This document shows, piece by piece, positions 26,416 to 33,712 of a stretch of DNA of 33,712 nucleotides (positions are counted from its first letter, which is position 1; the number at the start of each line of letters is the position of its first letter). The stretch lies in the NCBI GenBank assembly GCA_965215885.1, contig CBDCEW010000077.1, forward strand, positions 1 through 33,712. Reading direction: 5' to 3'. The position numbers were made by a program, and so were the translations under genes. Origin of the DNA: Candidatus Moanibacter sp. Lineage in GTDB: Bacteria > Verrucomicrobiota > Verrucomicrobiia > Opitutales > UBA2987. The notes beneath the pieces were generated by a model. The model did not search any database. It saw nothing but the letters and a program-made list of their open reading frames with translations, and was not told where the DNA came from.

Positions 26416-27177
26416 TCATGCACTCAATCCAAGCAAGCCTTTTTTCTCCCGTTCCGTCATGAGAAAGGAAATGGTTTTGTTCTTTTTGAGAAACTGACGT
26501 GCCAGGTTTTGCCAGTCTTCCCGAGAAAGATCATGAAAGTGCATGATATAGATCTTGTTTTCGCCGTTGCTGTCGCTCAGAACGAGTCCGCTGTTGGTTC
26601 GGGCCAACGTCCCGGTACGTCGGGGATCGGCATTGGCGGTACGGTATTTCTCGGATAGAATACGCGTATTGCAAAACGGCGCCGAAGGCGCCGTTTCAAG
26701 CTTGTGCGCTTCGGCTTCTCTCTGAAGGCGGTAGACGTATGCAACGCGGGATAACGCAATCTCCTGTCGTCGCGGATAACGGACAAACGGATCACCCGCC
26801 CAATCGACAACGTTGAGCGTATCTCCACACACTGTGATCCTAACGCTGATAAAATATAGACTGTGTATGGCAATGGGTAGACCGGGGAACACGGCCACCG
26901 CAAGCAAAGGTATGATCGCTAAGGGAAAGCTGCCGAGGGCGTATCCCAGGGCGGAAAGGACTCCGCAAATTGCGAGCGGATACCACACAAGCGATCTGTT
27001 ATCCGGAAGCAGCGCCGGTCGGAACACCCGCACGGCTTTTTCGGTTTTCTGCAGGCTCTTATCTCCGTGCATAACGGCGGCGGCGCGGATCCGCTGGGCG
27101 GTAAAAGCTGGCGAATTTAACTCCTTCCGTGGCGAGCAGTCCCCCAACCATGATGGCCCTTCTCTCAAACCTAGCAT
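26416..27177 (-). CDS. Hypothetical membrane protein (two TM helices plus soluble domain); start uncertain
   Basis: 253-aa ORF with hydrophobic LVWYPLAICGVLSALGYALG and IIPLLAVAVFPGLPIAIHSLYFI; no family recognised. Confidence 0.6.
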   Translation of the reverse strand: MLGLREGPSWLGDCSPRKELNSPAFTAQRIRAAAVMHGDKSLQKTEKAVRVFRPALLPDNRSLVWYPLAICGVLSALGYALGSFPLAIIPLLAVAVFPGLPIAIHSLYFISVRITVCGDTLNVVDWAGDPFVRYPRRQEIALSRVAYVYRLQREAEAHKLETAPSAPFCNTRILSEKYRTANADPRRTGTLARTNSGLVLSDSNGENKIYIMHFHDLSREDWQNLARQFLKKNKTISFLMTEREKKGLLGLSA

Positions 27178-27462
27178 TCATGCAGAACCACTTGAATGTG
27201 ATTTATGCCGGTGACACGACGTTTGCAATGGGCTGCAGGATCAGAGCGATCCCGCTCGGTAGAATCCGATTTTTCACTCCTTCACTGTTGCCTCGAAATT
27301 GAATTGATGTTTGGTTCTCATTTAACATTTTTCAAAAATATAAAATAAGAGCGAGGCAGGTTTAACAGGAGCGAGCCAAAGTAACTCTTCTCGAGAAAAT
27401 CCTCAAAGAAGGCCTGGTGGTAAACGGAAGCGAAGACGATTCCTAGGGTGACAAATACCGAT

Positions 27463-27948
27463 TCAATTTTCCTCGCTCTCGGCGAAAGCGCGTGAAACCT
27501 CGGTGAGACTAACCGTTCTCACGCCCGGAAAGCGATCAAAATCTCCCCGATTCTGTGTTAGGATTTCCGTCACGCCGTTCGACAACATGGTCGCCGCAAT
27601 GTTGGCGTCATGAATGCGTTTCCCCGTCAATTCAACCTCTCGAACTAGCTCGCGAAGCCGGAGGGCGACTTCCTCGGTCTCCTCGTAGAGGATTGTGTAT
27701 CCCATGAATTCCTCCACATTGCCAAGGGCGTCGGCGGTGCTCAAACCAAGCCCGTTGACCTCAATCCCACGAGTGGCCACGACGAGATACTCGCGCACGA
27801 TTTGACCGCTCAGGGCAAGGTGTATGCCGTTATCGGAAGCCGTGCTTATCACAAACCGCGCCACCGAATATTGCTCTCGGCCCTCGTCGGTTGCCGTGAG
27901 AAGGATATTCGTATCCAGAAACAGAATCTCACCGGCCTTCAGATCCAT
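27463..27948 (-). CDS. PIN-domain toxin (VapC/FitB-like)
   Basis: FLDTNIL, QIVREY, IHDANIAATM, ILTQNRGDF acidic PIN residues; overlaps the antitoxin gene by 20 bp. Confidence 0.92.
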   Translation of the reverse strand: MDLKAGEILFLDTNILLTATDEGREQYSVARFVISTASDNGIHLALSGQIVREYLVVATRGIEVNGLGLSTADALGNVEEFMGYTILYEETEEVALRLRELVREVELTGKRIHDANIAATMLSNGVTEILTQNRGDFDRFPGVRTVSLTEVSRAFAESEEN

Positions 27949-28159
27949 AGATCTCCTCTCGTCGCCATCTTGAATTGCCGCCTGTTCTCACAGTCTTCAG
28001 TCTCAATTGCCGAGTTCGGCCGGCGGGGGCCGCCATGCTGGCGGCCCTTTCGAGAATTGCGTGCAGCTCGCCGTGTAGTGAGCGATGGTGGCTCCGCGCC
28101 AATCGTTTCAGACTCGCCAGAGTTGTGGGATCAATGTTACGAATATGTACCGCTTTCAT
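27929..28159 (-). CDS. FitA-like ribbon-helix-helix antitoxin
   Basis: MKAVHIRNIDP...LKRLARSHHRSLHGELHAILERAA; directly upstream of the PIN gene. Confidence 0.9.
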   Translation of the reverse strand: MKAVHIRNIDPTTLASLKRLARSHHRSLHGELHAILERAASMAAPAGRTRQLRLKTVRTGGNSRWRREEIYGSEGR

Positions 28160-28167
28160 AGTGGTAT

Positions 28168-28193
28168 GAAAATGATATCATTTTCTGTGTCAA
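28168..28193 (-). promoter_or_regulatory. TA promoter/operator: perfect 18-bp palindrome next to a TTGACA -35 box
   Basis: GAAAATGATATCATTTTC at 28168-28185; minus-strand TTGACA at 28188-28193; ATG at 28159. Confidence 0.8.
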
Positions 28194-28438
28194 CGATGGA
28201 AATGGGAATTTCGATTACGATTATGATTTTACCGATATCCACCCTGCCGTAGTATGTGTTCAGCGTCCCTTTGATTGCTGGCTGCCTCAGAAACGCAAAA
28301 CGGGTACCTGAAGTACGGCAGGGCGGCTACAGCCTCGCCAGGGGTTGTTGAAGGAACGCGCATATCTCCATTCTCGCCGGAAAAGGCTCGCTGAGTCAGT
28401 CCACTTCAGTCCGCATTCTCGCAGAAGTTCCATTCTCC

Positions 28439-28465
28439 TTAACCCACGTGAGACGCAACCGATTT
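28439..28465 (+). promoter_or_regulatory. Possible sigma-28 (FliA)-type promoter for the kinase gene
   Basis: TTAA-N15-ACCGATTT vs consensus TAAA-N15-GCCGATAA; FlgN-like gene nearby. Confidence 0.35.
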
Positions 28466-28494
28466 TACATGAAAGGGAATTATCTTTCTAGATT

Positions 28495-30411
28495 ATGCCG
28501 CAGAACGTCCTCGCAGAAGCTGGAGTTATCTATGGGGAGGTGATTGAACAGATTTCTGAAATCGTCGTTATCACCGATCCAGGCGGTATCATCAGTGACG
28601 CCAATTCCTCGTTCTACAATACCACCGGTTTCGATCCTGCCACCGTCATCGGCGCTAACGTATTCAGATTCTTCGAGCTTCCTTTTGACAGTAAGCCAGG
28701 GCGATCGATACTCCGAAAAATCGGACGCGGAGAACAGTGGATCGGTTACCTGCTTGTCTGCCAGAGGGAGGGTGATTTCCTGGAATTGCACACCACTATA
28801 AAGCCGTCTGAGCGGCTACCGAATGGTGAGAAACAGTTGATTCTCATCGGTCAGGATGTTACCCGCGAGAAACGTCTCCAGAAGCAGCTCAACGAAATTC
28901 AGAGGCTCGAATCTCTAGGCACCCTGGCTGACGGTATAGCCCACCACTTTAACAACATTCTCGCTTCCATGATGGGCCAGACAGAGCTTGTCATCGCCCT
29001 GCTCGAGAAGCGTCCAGACTTGAAAGGGCGCTTGAGGAAAATACTGGCGGCTGGAAAGAGAGGTAAGAAATTCGTGTCACAGCTCAGCACCTTCTGCCAA
29101 ACAGGCGGCAGAGACCGTTTCACTCCAGTCCGGATCAATCTGATCCTGGAAGAGGCGCTTGGCTTCATTTAGAAGGTCGGTCTCAAGGAGGTGACAATCA
29201 AAAAGAGTATCTCAGATGATGAAATTGCGGTTCTGGCGAATCCGGCGGAGCTCAATCAGGTTTTTCTAAACCTGCTTACGAACTCTCTCCAGGCGATGGA
29301 AGGACAGATGGGCAGCCTGGATATTGACCTCCGCGAGCGCAAGGGTCCCTTTGCCGCTACCGGTGTGGAAGAGAGCGCTGTGAGCTTTCCCTGCGCGGAA
29401 GTGTTAATCAGAGACGACGGCAGCGGCATACCCGATTCGATCAAGCATCGCGTCTTCGAACCCTATTTCACTACTCGGAACCTAGCCGAGTCCAGCGGGA
29501 TGGGGTTGGCAGTTGCCCACGGCATTATCAAACGGCACGGCGGCACGATCAGTTTCGAAAGCTTCGACGGCAAGGGAACCACTTTTCGAATCCAACTCCC
29601 TCTTCTCGATTTGGCCATACCCGAGTCAACGGAATCGAACCTCGGGGAACTCCAGGGTATGCAAGAGCATATCCTTTTAGTTGACGACGAAGACTTTGTC
29701 CTCGAAGCCGGCAAGGATCTGCTTACTAATATCGGTTACCGCGTGACTGCAACTTCCAAAGCGGTAGAGGCGATAGAATTGATCGAGCGAAACCCAGAGA
29801 GTTTTGATCTCCTCATCACCGATCAGACAATGCCGAACATATCCGGACTGGAACTTGCCAAACGAGTGCGTTCGCAGGAAAAATCGCTACCCATCGTCCT
29901 TTTCTCCGGGATAAACGATGACATCGTCAGGATTGAACTGGCGGAGCTCGGAATTGCCGGCTTTCTCCCCAAACCCTGTTCCCTCAAAGATATGGCGTCC
30001 GCCATCCGTGAAGCACTGACGCCCGCAAGCAAACGGGAAGGTCCTTCCGTGGAGAGGAGATTTGAACAGAAGCAAACAAAGGGAAACGAAGAGAAAGAGA
30101 AAAGAATTCTCACGCAAAGGCGCAAAGGGGGAAGAGTCGGCCGAGCTTGGCGAGCAACACAGTTAGAATGTCGAGGTGAGTCTGCAAAAGAGTCCTTAAT
30201 TTGCAGACTCACCTCGTCATTTTCTCCTCATATCCATGGTACTGCAGAGTCCCGGCACGCCGGGATGGGCTACTTTACCTTTCTTGTTCCTCTTCGTTTC
30301 TCTTTGTTTGCTTCTGTTCAAATCTCTTCAGCGAGGAAGGTAGGGGACAAAACCCTAGCCCGAACTTTTCACAAACCTTCTGCTACGAAGTGTGTGAAAT
30401 GTCCGGGCTAG
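28495..30411 (+). pseudogene. Hybrid sensor histidine kinase (PAS-HisKA-HATPase-REC) split by in-frame TAG 29170-29172
   Basis: PAS (ITDPGG, ANSSF), LGTLADGIAHHFNNIL H-box, N/G1/F/G2 boxes, REC ILLVDDE / ITDQTMP / KP. ORFs 28495 and 29191 share a frame. REC ends near 30020; the tail reads through a repeat element. Confidence 0.85.
30057..30326. repeat. MITE-like 270-bp element: 37-bp terminal IR (1 mismatch) with internal perfect 17-bp hairpin
   Basis: gagatttgaacagaagcaaacaaagggaaacgaagag (30057-30093) / 30290-30326; cgaggtgagtctgcaaa (30172-30188) / tttgcagactcacctcg (30200-30216). Confidence 0.8.
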
Positions 30412-30779
30412 CTCTCGTAAACGGCACCGAAACGATCCGCGGGGGCATTTTTACGAGGATTCGACACTTTCACCGGCACCGCGGCCTTCAGCAGAAGCTT
30501 TTCGTTCTCACGGTCCAGAAGAAAGATCTTCATCAGTTTCTTCTGAGTAACCTGAATCACTCTTCGTTCTCCCAAATCCAGCTTTGAAGGCTCTTTTTCC
30601 AGTCCTTTCAGAGCTTTCAGGGAGTCGTCCAGGCGCGGCAGAAAATCCCTCTTCTTCTCCAGAATATCCTCATCCGGCAGCCGGCCCTCGCGTTTCAGAA
30701 ACGAATTCTCCTCCAGAAGCACGGAATACAGCTTCTCGCAGAGATCCAGTTGTCGTTTTAATATCTCTTCTTTTTTCAT
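30408..30779 (-). CDS. FlgN-like flagellar export chaperone (putative)
   Basis: 123-aa helical protein with L-x2-E-N-x2-L and DRENEKLL resembling FlgN helices. Confidence 0.6.
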   Translation of the reverse strand: MKKEEILKRQLDLCEKLYSVLLEENSFLKREGRLPDEDILEKKRDFLPRLDDSLKALKGLEKEPSKLDLGERRVIQVTQKKLMKIFLLDRENEKLLLKAAVPVKVSNPRKNAPADRFGAVYES

Positions 30780-30869
30780 ATTGATAAGAGTTCGAATGCG
30801 TCCGGGCTAGGAATCTGTCGGACTTTCCTTTCAATCGGATCATTCCAAGTGATTCTGCTCGACCACTCG

Positions 30870-30957
30870 CCTGTCATTGCGAGCGTAGCGCGGCAATCCA
30901 CGGTTATGAAGGCCCGAAAACCTGGATTGCTTCGTCATTCTTCCTCGCAATGACAGG
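30870..30957. repeat. GTCATTGCGAG...CTCGCAATGAC palindromic repeat element
   Basis: cctgtcattgcgag...gcaatcc / ggattgc...ctcgcaatgacagg. Confidence 0.85.
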
Positions 30958-31023
30958 GTTGACATATTTTAGCGACTGGTTGCGCCGGCGTTCTCATTTT
31001 CTCTTGCTAAGTCCGACTGATTC

Positions 31024-32421
31024 CTAGCTGGTTTGGGGTTCCAAGAGGTTCACAATCCGTGTTTCAGATTCAGTCGCCCAGCCAAGATGATTCAGCCGCC
31101 ATGCCGCCATTTCCCTGATCGATTCCAGATTCGCCGTAACGGTGTACTCCCTTCCCTCCCATTCCGATCCCGAAACGATCAATTCGTATGCCTGCCGGGC
31201 TTTCGGGAGCATCCGAAGTCGCTCAAAGCACAATCCGATCTGGTATACGATAGGCCATTGCCATTCCGGATTGTCGTTCAGCTTGGCCATCGTCTGGTAG
31301 ATCTTCAAGGCGCTGAGGAAATCTCTCTGTTCGTAGAACTCGTTAGCTACCTGGTTTCCCGTTCTCCTTTTCCAGTAAAACCATAAGTTTTTGTTTTCGT
31401 CTCCGCGGCTCTGTTGGCTCTGATTCTTCTGCAGAAGCTTTAATGTCTCCTCCATTGCCTCTCTGGGTCGATTCAGTTTTTTGTAGGAGCTGACGAGGAG
31501 AAAGTGACTCTCAGGAATCAGCCTGCTCTCAGGGTAATACTTAATGAAATCCTGCAGCTTCGAAATCATCGTGGAGTATTCCTCCAGGAGATAGTCGACA
31601 TAGGCACTCTTGAAGTGGACAGAGGCACGGTCTTTCAGGTTCAGGTTGACTACACTGAGCCGGTCGAAGTATGTAGAAGCCGCCCGGTAGTCCCCCATCT
31701 GAAAGTAAGTTTCGGCAATCTCGAGCTGCGCTTTGATGGAAAGCCGCTTGTACGAATCCATCCGCTCCTTGGGCACGTTTAACGATCGGTTCAAAACGCT
31801 GTACAACTTCGTGATTGCCATCCTGAACGCACCGATATCACGATAGACCAGACCGAGACGCAGACAAATTCCCGGAATGTCCGGATCTTGCGGGAAGAGT
31901 TCGAGGAACTTTTCGTAGACGGCCGCAGTCTTAGTGCTGATTCCGGCTCTGTGGTACATATCGGCCATTTCAAGTATTGTGTTACGGCGATCCACATCAC
32001 TTAGATCCATTTGTAAGAGCTGGAGGTAAAACTTCTCCGCCCCCCCGTGGTCGTTCACACTCGCCGCTTGCCGGGCATACTTCTGCAAATAACGCATCCT
32101 CTCCGAAAATCCGCTCCGATAGACCAGGAGGTTTTCTTCACCTGCCGCTTCTGCCTCCCTATGCGGCGATAAGGAGACACCGCCTTCTACGGCCGCTATC
32201 GCCTTCCCACCGCCTCTCTCGGCAGCGTTCTCGGGTGAAGACACGCCCTCTTGCGAGGTAAGTATCGCTTCAGTCCCAGATACTTCGTCGGCTACAGATT
32301 CCTCCCCACCTGGCATTCCGGTAGCGAATAGAGATACCGAGATTATTGCCGTGAATACGCCTTTCCAGAGAACACTGCACCGACCCGACATTCTCTCTGA
32401 TTCACCGGTATTCAGATTCAT
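31024..32421 (-). CDS. Tetratricopeptide-repeat protein with N-terminal signal/TM segment
   Basis: YEKFLELFPQDP, AQLEIAETYFQMGDY, FIKYYPES, YQIGLCFERL TPR-type helices. Confidence 0.88.
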   Translation of the reverse strand: MNLNTGESERMSGRCSVLWKGVFTAIISVSLFATGMPGGEESVADEVSGTEAILTSQEGVSSPENAAERGGGKAIAAVEGGVSLSPHREAEAAGEENLLVYRSGFSERMRYLQKYARQAASVNDHGGAEKFYLQLLQMDLSDVDRRNTILEMADMYHRAGISTKTAAVYEKFLELFPQDPDIPGICLRLGLVYRDIGAFRMAITKLYSVLNRSLNVPKERMDSYKRLSIKAQLEIAETYFQMGDYRAASTYFDRLSVVNLNLKDRASVHFKSAYVDYLLEEYSTMISKLQDFIKYYPESRLIPESHFLLVSSYKKLNRPREAMEETLKLLQKNQSQQSRGDENKNLWFYWKRRTGNQVANEFYEQRDFLSALKIYQTMAKLNDNPEWQWPIVYQIGLCFERLRMLPKARQAYELIVSGSEWEGREYTVTANLESIREMAAWRLNHLGWATESETRIVNLLEPQTS

Positions 32422-32442
32422 CTTCTCTCTTCCCTCCTCGAA

Positions 32443-33174
32443 TTACTCTCGCGTATAGGTGGCGCTGCTCTTGCTTACACGCCCGGACGGTGGAGTCCTC
32501 GATGGGACTTCGAATGGAATACCAACGGTCTTGCTGCCGTCCTTATCTACTGCTTCGCTTTCAAAATAAATCAGGAAATCATCAGGGTCGAGGAACTCGG
32601 CATTTCCGGAATATTCCATCTGCGGGATCGGATCGACGAATTCCTGATTGTCCAGGGAATCTTCCTCTTTGGGTCCCTCGGACTCCGTCTCTTCGATCAT
32701 GGGGTCCACTACCTCTCTTTCTTCCTGGATTTCAGTTTCGAGATCTCGTTTGTTCGAAGACTCCCCCGCCAGGGCGACACTTTCACTTTTATCCTCCTCT
32801 TCGAATCGGACATTCTCTTGCTCAATCTCCGGGAGATGTAGCAGAAGCATCCGATCCAAGCGAACGGGCAATTCGTGGAAGCGCATCGTCTTGGCTCCCA
32901 CCTCCGGTAGATAACCTCTAACTCTATCGGAAAAACGATCACTGGTCTTTGATCCGGCAAGATTTATCATCGCCCCTTCAAGAGGAGAAACCACCAGGAC
33001 AACGATCAGAATTGCAATACTGGAAAAGAGTCTTTCCGTTAACGCACTGCTGGTTACTCTTTTCTGCGAGTTAAATCTCCACTCTTCCACCCTTACACTC
33101 GAAAAAAAATCGAGGGGAAATTGCCAGGGCCAGAGTCCCTCCCAAAACCGACGAAATCTGAAGTACAGTCGCAT
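32443..33174 (-). CDS. Hypothetical exported acidic protein; true start probably downstream of 33174
   Basis: Hydrophobic SIAILIVVLVVSPLEG, Glu/Asp-rich middle, C-terminal FLIYFE...SSATYTRE; 21 bp from the TPR gene start. Confidence 0.65.
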   Translation of the reverse strand: MRLYFRFRRFWEGLWPWQFPLDFFSSVRVEEWRFNSQKRVTSSALTERLFSSIAILIVVLVVSPLEGAMINLAGSKTSDRFSDRVRGYLPEVGAKTMRFHELPVRLDRMLLLHLPEIEQENVRFEEEDKSESVALAGESSNKRDLETEIQEEREVVDPMIEETESEGPKEEDSLDNQEFVDPIPQMEYSGNAEFLDPDDFLIYFESEAVDKDGSKTVGIPFEVPSRTPPSGRVSKSSATYTRE

Positions 33175-33285
33175 GAATCTACAATCATGTGGTCGGTCAA
33201 ATCGGCGGGCGTTTCACCTTACACAGTCTCCCGACAATTTAATGTCGACGTCCCCCGAAAAATCTTAAGTTGCTTCCCACTGGGG

Positions 33286-33711
33286 TCACTGGATGCTGGG
33301 TGCCGGTTCCAATTTCTTATTCGAGTCACCCCATCCTGAAAGCTCTCCCTGACACTGGCGATAGATTTCCAGGAGATCTTCCTCGGTGTGTAGATCTATC
33401 TCCCCAGCCCGCTCGTCTCTAAAGCGAAATGCTGTTATGTTCCAAGGGTCTGAGTAGTTTTCCAAACACTCACGTGTCTGGGCCCATACTGCATACGGCA
33501 CGGACAAGGATTCACCCTTACCCAGGGCGATCCCAATGGCGCGGTCAATCACTTCGGGATGACAGAGTGGAAAGTTGACGTTATAATTCACATGGAGGTC
33601 GCATGGATAATTCGCCACCACATGTTGAAAAACTGGTATAGAAGGAATTTCGTCCCCCGCTAACTCTTCCGGCCGCCGCAAAACCTCTACGCCATATGCC
33701 AACGCTACACG
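33286..33711 (-). CDS. Acylneuraminate cytidylyltransferase-like protein, C-terminal part (5' end outside window)
   Basis: YGVEVLRRPEELAGD...VFQHVV and IDLHTEEDL match CMP-NeuAc synthetase motifs (RP-x-ELA-x-D; DID-x3-D). Confidence 0.75.
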   Translation of the reverse strand, partial: RVALAYGVEVLRRPEELAGDEIPSIPVFQHVVANYPCDLHVNYNVNFPLCHPEVIDRAIGIALGKGESLSVPYAVWAQTRECLENYSDPWNITAFRFRDERAGEIDLHTEEDLLEIYRQCQGELSGWGDSNKKLEPAPSIQ

Positions 33712-33712
33712 G

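Noticed and set aside
2494..31026. Genome-wide TAG-to-Gln reassignment
   Set aside because: Several intact genes end in TAG at plausible C-termini; only ambiguous readthrough remains open.

Overview
Bacterial chromosomal window, probably Verrucomicrobiota/Opitutae (inferred from gene and repeat style, not tested). Left part (1-15 kb) is an accessory surface-protein island. It holds two paralogous collagen-like (G-X-Y) genes with different globular domains, a DsbA-family gene, an LVIVD beta-propeller gene plus a partial duplicate, and four IS elements of different families (an unclassified 741-aa DDE transposase, ISL3, a DUF4338-ISAs1 fusion, IS4). The second collagen gene can be rebuilt across two IS insertions. 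Both collagen genes carry the same two lesion types: an in-frame TAG in a CCTAGG context at a Gln position, and a +1 homopolymer slip. Right part (15.8-33.7 kb): RND efflux pair, MenH-like hydrolase, a small catabolic-looking cluster (degenerate TIM-barrel isomerase, MetE-like core enzyme, amidohydrolase, Gfo/Idh/MocA), a FitA/VapC-type toxin-antitoxin pair with a perfect operator palindrome, a hybrid histidine kinase split by a third in-frame TAG, FlgN-like and TPR genes, and a truncated cytidylyltransferase. Intergenic regions are full of several REP/MITE-like palindrome families, some nested in each other, plus two tandem arrays (114 bp, and ~100 bp GATC-rich). No rRNA, tRNA or CRISPR array seen. 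All family calls come from motif recognition by eye; no database search was run.
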